A DNA stretch of 64,000 nucleotides from Entomortierella parvispora E1425 (taxonomy: Eukaryota > Fungi > Mortierellomycota), in NCBI GenBank assembly GCA_020891255.1, contig BQFW01000011.1, positions 682,001 through 746,000 of the forward strand. The letters run 5' to 3'. The notes under the pieces were generated by a model, which ran no database searches, was not told where the DNA came from, and saw nothing but the letters and a program-made list of their open reading frames with translations. Position 1 is the stretch's first letter, and each line of letters starts with the position of its first letter. The position numbers and the translations under genes are program-made. This document shows, in pieces, positions 24,377 through 34,526 of this stretch.

Positions 24377-27300
24377 ATGGGTGTCGCCGGATTGTGGCCC
24401 TTGATCAAGGCCGCGGGGATTCATGTGGATCCAAAAACCATAACCATCAACAACCTGCACTACGACGTGATGGCTTGCCACTACAATGATTTTATCAATG
24501 CCACAGTTGATAAAAAAAGCCTGCGTTATACGTCCGACTCGTCCCAGCCAGGCGGGGGCCCTGGGACAGGGCTATCGTCCTCTTCCGCACAACAGCCTGT
24601 TGTCTCCTCATCAACGGTCGCAACCGTTCCGGCTCATCAAAATATCAGAGATTTGGCGAAGAAGATCTTTGACGACACCTGGGCCCTATTTCCACTATGC
24701 CAGTCCATATCGTTCCACCTGGATGGCGCGGACGGCTACACCAAGGAACAAGAGCACGCTCGTCGAGCCAAAACGCGGCAACAAGCACGTCACCGTGCCA
24801 AAGTTGAACTTGATACCTTACAGAGCAAGTTTGATGGAGGACGCTGGATCTCCAAAGCCCTTCCTGACAGAATATACCGAGATCTTCGCAAGGCCCATCG
24901 CCTCAGTGATGCCCAGAAGAAAGCTTTTGGTGATGCCATCAAAGAGTGCGACAAAGCGATGCAAACGGCTCATGCTGGCCCTCTCACTGCGTCTAGATCT
25001 GACGGTCCTCTTCCAACTGCCATCCCTGCGACCCGTGCGACCTATTTCTGCCAGTGTAGTACCGAGGCAGACACTTGCATTGCATTCAGCTGCCACCCCT
25101 CTGGCCCTACTCAGCAAGCCCCAGCCAGCCCGGCCAATGACCTCAGAGATGAAACTGTCGTCGTGACAAGAGACTCTGATTTGATCATGTATTCCGAAGT
25201 GCAAACTGTCTTTCGGCCGAACCCCAAAGGTTCCTTCTTTCTGCGGTACAGAAAGAAGGATGTCAAGGAAGCGTTGGACTTTAGTGAGGATTTCCAGCTC
25301 ATGACTCTGGCCATTGTCTGCAAGAACGACTATACGTCCAACTTTCCCGGGTTTGGAATCAAGAGAAACCGAAATGTCATCAGGGACTTTGACCCTGCGG
25401 TCGTCCAGGCACGGAAAGAGAGGGAGGCAGAAGAGCGGAGAAGGAAGGCTGCCCTGAAAAGGTCAACATCCAAGGGAAAGTCTTCAAAGAAAAGGACCAG
25501 AGAGGCCTCTCCTACTGAAGTGCCGGCAGGTACAAGCACGATGGCTTCCTCTCCCTCCTCCGTCATCTCGGTGGCTGTTACCACCCGAAAGCGAGAAGCA
25601 TCCCGAAAGCGAAAGGCCTCCCCAGTGGATGAGCGTTGGCGAACAATGACTCCACGTCAATATCTGAGCCATTACTGTGAGACGGTAACAGAAAGTCTAA
25701 AGGACGAGCGTCGCGTTCTGCCGAGTCGATACGAGCGATCCCTTCTGGCTTTTGCTTTTCTCTGCACATCCCTGGCTGGGAAGAAGGACGACAAGGTTTT
25801 ATTGAAAGCTGGAAGGAACATACGTCAATATGAGCCACGCACCATCGAAGAAGGGGACGAAGAACAAGAAGAGATTGGTCCAGATCAGTTGGGACCTCCT
25901 GTCGAGATCGATGAGCCAAAGCTGTTCCAGGATCTCTATAACCGATATGTCCAGGAGATGGGGAGAAGCAGAGTCCTTCCTGCAAACCCAGTGTCGGTCT
26001 CGACGTAAGTGCTTTGGTAGTTTGAAAAACGTGTATAAGAGTGCTAAGTTGACAACATTACTCATATAATGTGCTCAATGTCAATTTCTATAGTCTTAAG
26101 ACATATAACTGCAGCTATCGCAATCATGGGCGCAGTCGTTGGCGTAACCCCTACGAACACATCTTTCCTCGCGTTGATTCCAATGGCAATGCCTCCTTTC
26201 TTGCTGGTCTCGAAGTCGCAGACATTGGGAACTGCAAAGAAAGGCCTGATGGACCACGCCAAAAACAAGGTGGTCGCAAAGGTCAAGGTATGGTCAAAAA
26301 AAACATGGCCAAACGTCGCAAACGCAAGACCAAGGCTGATGCTGGAACGGGCCGGGTGAAGATCTACCAGCAAAAGGCAGAGATTGACCCTACAAAGCCG
26401 GCCAAGGAGTCTAATGTCACTGCAGAAACAACAAAGCGCCGTCAAATGGTCAAGGATTTTGTCACCATTACCATCACGGCCGGATCCCTGCTTGGTAACA
26501 TCCAGCAGTGTCTATCTGGTGCCGAGGCGATTGCAGTCAACAAACGCATTCAAGATTGCGTGGCCACAAAACTCAGACTGGAAAACGATCTGTACGACAT
26601 CTATGCTGTCTGCATTGACAAGTTCCGCCAGAGAACTACAGCGGCTGCTGTTCTATCCTCTCTTGTTGGTCCATCTCTTGCTGGTCCGTCCTCCGCTGGT
26701 CCCCCTTCCGCTGGCCCACCTTCCACTCCCCTGTCAGCGTTGCAGGGCACCGACGGTCTCCCAGATGACTTTTTCGAACAGATTGTCGGCCCTCGCGCCA
26801 ATACAATTGCATTTGGCCTGACACCCTTTCTCTTCAACGGCACCAGAACTCAGAGGGCAAGGAGCCCTGAGGCTGCTACTGTTGCCAAAATGTTTGCTAT
26901 ATACAAAGAGTCTCTGCCTAGCCCTTTTTTGAGCTATAAGGAGAGAGGCTGGCAGACGTTTGACACGAATGCAGGACAGTCTTCGGCTGTACAAGTCGTC
27001 AAGAACATCAAACACCATTATCGGACAGCAAAAGTAGGTATTTTGACGATAATCTATGAACAAGGCACAGATGAACTAACATTGTGTACTGTCTATCAAA
27101 TTAGATCAACCATGAGGTCTGGCCAAAGTCCACCAAGAACGACTACATCGCGTGGTTTTTTCAGCACAATAAGGGTCAATTTGCTGACTATGTTCAAGGC
27201 AAAATTGCGTCGCAGTTTACACGGGTTGATAGCGCCGACCTTTTTCGGTTTCTGGCTGCAAAACCGCCTGGACCAAATACCGCAGAAGACCCTATTCTGA

Positions 27301-28933
27301 AGCAGCTCCTTCATCGCATTTTTGGTGCAGACAAGCCAAACCAAAATCTACGAGTGGCGTACATCACGAAACACAAAGGATGGCTTTTTTCCCAGATTCT
27401 TTACAAGATCGATCCACCGGGGACCACCCGATTTCGAAGGTACCATCGTAAAGCCCGGCTGCAGGATGATGAGGACGACCCCAACCCACTGGTGCTAGGG
27501 CAAAGTTTCCAGACGAACGGGCGAGTCCTCAATATTCAAGTATCCGATACGAGACGACCCAAGCCCAAAAAGAAGAAAAAATCGGAGGATCCGGACAGTC
27601 AAGATCCAGCTGACGACAAAGACGATGAGGACGATGATGAAGACGACGATGAAGACGACGGTGGCGACGGTGACGACGATTTTTTCGACTACGATGAGGA
27701 CGATGACCCCAACGAGATGCAGCCACTGAAAGACGACGACGATGATCATGAGGAAGCCATCTCAGCCGATGCAGACAAACAGACAGCCCAGACTGGAGTC
27801 GCATCCCAGCCCACATCCATGTCAAAGAACCCAGGTCCTGTCACGTTCAGCAATGGCTCCACGTACACTTTTGGCAAAGGGTCTGCCACATTGCCCAATG
27901 CCAGCGTGTTTGACTTTGGCGATATTACTACGGGCGAGGTCACTGTCATTGGTATCGATCCTGGCGAAGTATTCTCGATGACAGCCACGCGCCTGAGACT
28001 CAATGCCGAGAAATCTGGGACAACAAACGACCGTGCGTCCAAGCGCATTCGACGGTCATTTCTTTACCATCCGGTCCGACTGTTCCAAGAGGCTCTCAGG
28101 GTGAAAAAGGTCAAAGAGCATATCCATCTGCTCGAGACCAATATCCCGCCCTACAAGCCTCTATCCATTTTAGAACGCATGCATTACCTGCATTCACCTG
28201 CCCAGCAGGTTCTGGGGAGGTTACTGGGTCCGAATATACCAGTCCCAAACCTTCAAGGCGCAGTGAAGGATGTGCTGTTTGACTTTTACCACTCCCCTTG
28301 GATGCTAAAGAGAAAGTGGGACATGAGGAAGGCGCAACAGAGGGCGATTGATCTTGCGATGGACCAAATCTTCAAGCTTGCGGGAGTCCTCTCGGGCAGG
28401 AAGGCCGATGGTAGTGCTGGAACAACGGTGGTGTTTGCTCTTGGTCTTGGTTCGTTCAACTCTCGGACGGGATTGCCATCTAAACACGGGCCATTGGAAC
28501 GGCGATTCACTCAAAGGGTAAGTACCGCAAGGAAAATAACAACAAAAAAAATCGCATGGTTCCCTTTTGACATCATCAAGTTAACATTTTTTTTCCTTTG
28601 TTCTCATACATGATACAGGCCAGGCGGCTAGGATACATTGTCGTCGGCGTGGATGAGTACTACACAAGTGCAAAGTGTCTCCGCCAAAACTGCGATGCGT
28701 TCTTGCAGTATGGGGAACGACGATCCAAGTATTGCACGGCATGCAAGCAGTACTTTGATCGCGATGTGGTGGGATCGGAGAATATTGCGTATATCTGTAT
28801 GCAATTCATTCTGGGACAAGAAAGACCGCCAAAGTTCTGCCCAATTCCAGACCCGTTCCACCTTACTGCCACGATTCTAAAGGATGCCGTCATCGAAGTG
28901 TGTCAGGAGGCTATCAAAAACATCTTTGGATAA
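24377..28933 (+). CDS. XPG/FEN1-like nuclease - Fanzor1 (TnpB-like RuvC) fusion; exons 24377-26004, 26094-27033, 27105-28517, 28619-28933; 1431 aa
   Basis: PIN motifs MGVAGLWPLI, HYD, FHLDG, KEQEHARR, TEADTCIA, VVTRDSDL and H3TH-like LAIVCKNDYTSNFPGFGIK. Fanzor motifs SFQTNGRVL, VIGIDPG, FYHSPW, VVFALGLGSF, VGVDEYYTSAKC, CLRQNC..CTAC and DRDVVGSENIA. Three GT-AG introns (phases 2,0,0) keep frame; total 4296 nt. Confidence 0.88.
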
Positions 28934-29160
28934 TGCTGCCTTTATTGTACCCAAGAACAAGAACCATACCAAGAACCATATAAGCCATTCGGAAAATGGC
29001 TAACCGATGTAAGTGTTTACAAGTGTTTTTGTCTGCCCCTCCCTCATACACAGTGATGCCCGTTGATAGAGTCCTGACCCCCAAACCTTTTTACTTCTCC
29101 CGCCTGACCTAACCTACCTCCTTGCCGTTTGGGTTGATCAGTTACAACAAGTAAGTTCAC
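28934..29160 (+). ncRNA. Candidate Fanzor omega-RNA scaffold
   Basis: Non-coding stretch directly 3' of the Fanzor stop; hairpin AGCCATT-CGGAA-AATGGCT (28983-29001); CCCAAAC (29080-29086) can pair with GTTTGGG (29127-29133). Position fits the known Fanzor locus layout. Confidence 0.4.
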
Positions 29161-29264
29161 ATGTCATTTGTGGGTATTAATTGTCAACCTTCTTATAATG
29201 AACTAACGTATCCCCACGATTTTATTCATTTACACGGGTTTAGCTGTAATCAACTGCGTCTTAC

Positions 29265-29918
29265 ATCCAAATTCCACAGGAACGGTGGCATTTCTCTGTG
29301 TGGCTGCTCCAAAGCCTCGCATAAGAACTTGAAGGCCGTCTTAAACCCCTTTAATGTAGACAGCGACTGTTGAGCGGCTGCTTCTTCCGCAACAAGCGCC
29401 TTCTGCTCGAGATTAAGATTCTTGTTGGTGGGAAACAAGACGGTCATGATCTCCTCCAGCTTCTTGAGGACGTCATCAGGCATCTTGGCACAGTTGGAAG
29501 GTGGGAGGTCAAGGGCAGCGGAGAAGATAAATATTTGCTTTTCACCAACAATCGACAGAGATCTTTGTCGCTTCTTAGTTCCCTCAGAGTTGTTGTCGGC
29601 ATCGAGTGGCTGGTCTGCATCATGAATGTGGTTGGAGTTGACGTGCTCCTTGAGGTCGACCAGCTTGTCACAAGAGAAACAACAGGACGGACAGGTGACA
29701 TGCTCGACCATAGCAGGATGTGGTACCTTTGGAGCGGACACAACATAGGTCACCAAGGCAGAGCTCTTCATCCTCTGGCCTAGTCGTCTCGACGGCACAG
29801 TGACATTGTGGTCTTGGACGAGATGTCTTCGTAAATTGTGGGGCGTCTCATAAGACCTGTTGTCTGTAGCACAGAGGAAGCACTTGTAGGACAGGTGGAC
29901 TAGTTTTGGCTGCAGCAA
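29265..29918 (-). CDS. N-terminal exon(s) of a double C2H2 zinc-finger protein; true start unresolved
   Basis: CFLC-x15-H-x4-H (CFLCATDNRSYETPHNLRRHLVQDH) and CPSC-x12-H-x4-H (CPSCCFSCDKLVDLKEHVNSNH); phase-0 donor GTAAGA after WNLD at 29264. Confidence 0.65.
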
Positions 29919-30165
29919 TAGAGCATGCTTAAGTCAGTAGTGCTCTGACAGAGAATAATAGCTATCACGAAAATCGCGTTGGTTAAACATACAATTGACA
30001 TGTCAAGATGAGTTGGATGGGTTGGATGGGTTGGATGTTGCGTTGTGATTTGCCACAAAGGACGCGTGAGTTGGCATGGTTGTTGTGGGGTGGCGCAGCT
30101 GGCGAGAGACATTCACTCGCACAACGTCCCAGGGTCCTAGGCTGCAGTTCCATGCCACTCCATTG

Positions 30166-31384
30166 GCAATAGTAAAGGCCAAGGGAAGAACACGAAGATT
30201 GAATGATGTTTATTGATATGAAGTCTGGGGTATTTATACTAGAGGTTGTGAAGTGTTGGTTGTGGTGGTGTCAATGGTGGCAATGGTGGCAGTGGTTGTA
30301 GTTGACCATTTGTTCGTGGCTTTGCTGTGAGTGAAGGCGCTGCACGGTCAGTCTGATTTGACTGTTGCACGAGAGCTATTTGTTTGCACCATGTCTCTTT
30401 CCTTACATCCCGCCTGAAATGGAACTGGGTGCGAGTTGGATGGATGGGTTGGATGCGCGTATTTTCAACGGGCGAATCGAATCGGATAAAAGACGCGTTC
30501 GAATTCGACTCGACTTTTTCGGATCGAATAAAGAGCTGATTCGATTCGACCACTGTCGAACAGAAGATTCATCGACTAATATCCGACTCGACCTGGATTC
30601 GATCCGACCCTATCCAATCCGACATTTATTCGACTGAAATACAGGTCAAACCGAATATCGATCGAGTCCGGATCGGATAGGGTTGGATCGAGTCGGATAT
30701 CAGTCGGATCGAATACAGTCGAATCGAATCACCCTTGTTTCGCCTCACGTCAAATCGAATAGGTGCGCTATTCGTATTCGATATATCGAATCGAATCCTC
30801 GAATGTCATTCCCGCGTCAGAATCTGCCCCACCCACCACATGGGTTGGATGGGTTGGCTGGATGGGTTGGATGGGTTGGATGGGTTAGACGGATGGGTTG
30901 GATGGGTTAGCTGGATGGGTTGGATGGGTTGGATGGGTTAGACGGATGGGTTGGATGGGTTAGCTGGATGGGTTGGATGGGTTAGCTGGATGGGTTGGAT
31001 GGGTTGGATGGATGGGTTGGATGGGTTAGATGGATGGGTTGGCTGGGTTGGCTGGATGGGTTGGCTGGGTTGGATGGGTTGGATGGGTTTGATGGATGGG
31101 TTGGCTGGGTTGGCTGGGTTGGCTGGGTTGGCTGGGTTGGCTGGGCTGGGTTGGCTGGATGGGTTGGACGGGTTGGATGGGTTGGATGGGTTGGATGGGT
31201 TGGATGGGTTGGCTGGATGGGTTGGATGGGTTGGATGGGTTGGATGGGTTGGATGGGTTGGATGGGTTGGATGGGTTGGATGGGTTGGATGGGTTGGATG
31301 GGTTGGATGGGTTGGATGGGTTAGATGGGTTAGATGGGTTGGCTGGATGGGTTGGATTGGATGGATGGGTTGGATCCATCATCC
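30166..31384. repeat. Right arm of long inverted repeat, including (GGATGGGTT)n array 30840-31371
   Basis: Reverse complement of 21195-22413; ends GGATCCATCATCC; carries an extra ~130-bp self-complementary block near 30590-30715. Confidence 0.9.
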
Positions 31385-32533
31385 TAGGATCGTGATAGAT
31401 TGTTTGGGGGTATATCGAATTTAGTTGAGTGCACCCACAAGTTGAGTGAGGCGAGTGATCCAACCGTTCTGAACGAAGAGTCCACTGACAGGATACTGTA
31501 GAGACATTAGCCGCCCTCCTTTCTTGTGTGCCCAAGAGAATCACTTTTTGATTCTCTCTGGAAATCTGCTTTCCAGCGAGAATCACTTTCTGGAAATCTG
31601 CTTTCCAGCGAGAATCAAGTTACACAAAACGAAAAGAAGGGCCAATCAACTCAAAGAATCAAGAAAGTGATTCTCTTGGCCTCGAAGAAAGGAGGCAGGC
31701 TATTATTCATGCACACGGTTCCTCGTCCGACGCAATCTACTGCCAACATCTCTTCAGTCCAGGCGGCTCTCTCATGCCTCAGCCTTTCAGCGCTCTTTGT
31801 TGGGTCCCTGTACCTGTTTCCCGCAAAGCGCAAGCAAAAGCGGGAACATGGAGACCGGTGGCTGTCTGCACCCACAGCTCACACTTCAGAGAACCCACCT
31901 CGTCGATCCACTGCGACAACTGCGGCCCTGGATGAAAGCCCACCTTCCTCTCCTCGCAGCTCCTGCTCTTCAGTGCGTAACTTGTCACATTCAACTTGTG
32001 ACCACACTCAACCAAATTCGATATACCCATTGTTTGGATTGTTTGGGTTGTTTGGATTGTTTGGATTGTTCGGATTGTCAGAGGGGCTCGATTGTTTAGA
32101 TTGTTTGGATTGTTGATTGTTCGGATTGTCTGGATTCTCAGAGGGACTGATTGTTCGGATTGTTCGGATTGTTCGGATTGTTCAGACTGTTGTTTGGATT
32201 GTTGTTCAGAGGGGCCAGATTGTTTACAGCACGCCTGCAATCAATCCAAAGCTGTGCGAATAATCTAAACAATCCGAACAATCCGAACAATCGGTCCCTC
32301 TGACAATCCGGACAATCCGAACAATCCGAACAGTCCGAACAATCCAAACAATCTGTCCCCGCTGACAATCCAAACAATCCAAACAACAGTCATGAACAAT
32401 CCCAACAATCCGAACAATCTAAACAATCTAAACAATCTGGCCCCTCTGACAATCCAAACAACCCAAACAACCCAAACAATCCAAACAATCCAAACAATCC
32501 AAACAATTCCAAACAATCTATCACGATCCTAGG
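31383..32533. mobile_element. Foldback satellite unit 2 with terminal inverted repeats CCTAGGATCGTGATAGATTGTTTGG ... CCAAACAATCTATCACGATCCTAGG
   Basis: Perfect 25-bp inverted ends; same 9-bp arrays and the same central spacer as unit 1, with the spacer reversed (about 32225-32263). Confidence 0.75.
31408..32028. mobile_element. MITE (621 bp), Mutator-like
   Basis: ~41-bp TIRs starting GGGTATATCGAATTT (6 mismatches); ATTGTTTGG duplicated at 31399-31407 and 32029-32037; internal tandem CTGGAAATCTGCTTTCCAGCGAGAATCA x2. Confidence 0.8.
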
Positions 32534-32696
32534 CCGCCATCCAGTGCGCGCCTTCCCCAATGTATCTGTGCCTAGGGTTAACCATAGAACCTATTGGACC
32601 TGCACCTCAACCCCCGACCAATATCCCTCCGCGCCAACCCCTGTTCGCCTACAGCCCAGTCGTCCATGGCTGCACCTATGATGTCTTTCGTTACCT

Positions 32697-32966
32697 CATG
32701 CCCCTGGTCATTATACCTTTAGATGTTGCCCTGCCCATGTACACCTCTTCCCCAGATCCTCACTCACAGGTCCCACTTTTTGTCACCCTTGAGTAAAATG
32801 ACCTCCGCCTTCTGTCGGCTTCCATCATGCTCTTCTCCGGCTCATTCATAACCAATGCGGGACTCGCCCGCCTCCTAGTAATAAAACCCATAGACGCGAC
32901 TTCATAGTTCCCCAGTCTGCAACTCAAAATATACATTAAAACCTGCCTTTATTCCTTTCCACTTCC
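32697..32966. repeat. Dispersed repeat, LTR-like, copy 2
   Basis: Matches 341-578; GTGACA, an LTR-end-like hexamer, follows at about 32994-32999. Confidence 0.6.
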
Positions 32967-33099
32967 ATCACCCATTCTCAGCCTGTCCGACCGTGACAGG
33001 CAGTGGATTCTCGAAAGAGCCGTGCGACTGGCGCCCGTTTTCAAACTGGATCGAGCCGAGACAGGGCTTGCCACGATTCTGCGCATCTTTATCGGTGCC

Positions 33100-33243
33100 G
33101 GACTTATCGTCGCGTCCAACATGAGCGCATGTCATCAACGGGCCTTTTGGCCACTGTGGCCCAATATGATGGCAGCGGATTGTGATCAGTCTGGAGGACG
33201 GGGGCTTTATTCAGATTGGAACGACATCTCTAACCCATATCTG
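33100..33243 (+). pseudogene. Frameshifted remnant homologous to 7120-7259
   Basis: ATVAQYDG/QRIVISLEDGGFIQI versus ATVVRYDGQRLVIRLEDGTFVQV; DNA similarity ATATGATGG-CAGCGGATTGTGATCAGTCTGGAGGACGGG versus ATACGATGGACAGCGGCTTGTGATCAGACTGGAGGATGGG. Confidence 0.55.
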
Positions 33244-34526
33244 AAGGAGGGCACTCTCGTCGTCTGTAGCTTGCCAATGCAGTGGTGGTTCATAGGTGCC
33301 AGGGACTGACGCTATAGGGAGTCTTGGTGTCGTTGGGTTCTCTATTTTGATCGGGGCTGGCTCAATTTCCTGTATTGGCTTTCCATTGCCCCTTCTTTCC
33401 CTGCCCCCTTGGTTTCCACTGGTGCTGTGGTGTAACTACAGAGGGTGGGGGATCTGTGGGAGGATGGCAGTTCACAAGTGATCAGCCATGCGCCACCCAT
33501 GCCATTTCTCCTTTCCCCTCCCCCCCTGGGTGGTTTGATGATGTACCGTTCAGATTTACCCTAGAATGAGGTAACAATGATCCGCGATCCGTACCCTGAT
33601 CCGAGTATGTCTCCACTGGAACCTCTAGACATAATCCACAGTGCTGCATCATGCACGATGGACAGAAGGGGCCGAGGGGGAGGAGGGAGCCAAAAGGTCT
33701 GCCACACGAACGCCTCACAGATCATAAAACGTTTTGGTGTCCCCTCCCCCTTACATCTGAGCTTTGGTTCAGTGGAGTACCCTAGGATCCCGAGAGTGTT
33801 TTTGACAAACCAAACGGCCTATCTATTCCATCTCTTACCCCTTGCTCGCCACGTTTCGTCACTTTTTTTTTCCGGCTTGAATGGGTAAAGTCAAGGGTTG
33901 CCCGAAGGATGGTCTTGCTAAAATAGCCAGAGCTGCTTTGCCAGACAACAAAACCGTCAGGTTTTTCCCTTCCTTTCCTCTTCCTTCCTCGCAGACTGAG
34001 TGTTCCAGACCGGAACCGACTTTTGTTTTTGTTTTTTTTCTCTAGTCCAAAAAGCCGCAAGAACCGGGACCTGGTTCCTGGTTTTATTTTTGGGATGTAT
34101 GTTCTATCGTGCGTTGGGTCGGAAGGAGGGTCATGCAAGGGGGGAAAAACGCCTCTCATCCCCAACGCCTGCATTTGAATCTTTGCGGCGACTTTGGCTG
34201 CAGCCATTACTTCTTTTTTGTTCCATTCCCCCACAGTTCCCGCTTTTGCTCTGCTTATAAAAGCCAGGTCCTTTTCGCTCGTCAGCATCCTTTTTTTTTT
34301 TTTTTTTTTTCTCGTTCTCATAGCTCCTCTTATCTCTCAACCAACTTCACCGAATCACCCTTGAAACAACGACCTTTGCTCTTTTCTTTGCTCTCTCTTT
34401 CTTTCTCTCTCTCTTTCTCTTTCTCTCTCTCTCTCCCTGTCTTTTCAATTGCTCCTTCCTCCTGAACAGCACGCTACCACAGGCCCAACCGAACGCACGC
34501 ACCAACACTTTACACAACTCCGCACC

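Larger units (their letters stand above)
23821..29160 (+). mobile_element. Candidate Fanzor element (~5.3 kb); ends tentative
   Basis: Contains the XPG-Fanzor gene; TCAC at both 23817-23820 and 29157-29160; AT-rich intron-like DNA outside both ends; perfect subterminal hairpin TTTGTTTCG-ACG-CGAAACAAA at 23876-23896. Confidence 0.45.

Noticed and set aside
24377-26008. Stand-alone host repair gene (RAD2/EXO1/GEN1)
   Set aside because: The stop at 26006-26008 falls inside a GTAAGT donor that splices in frame into the Fanzor part, and the locus is in a mobile-DNA island.
30840-31371. Telomeric repeat
   Set aside because: Monomer is GGATGGGTT rather than a TTAGGG-type unit; it is internal and mirrored in the other arm.
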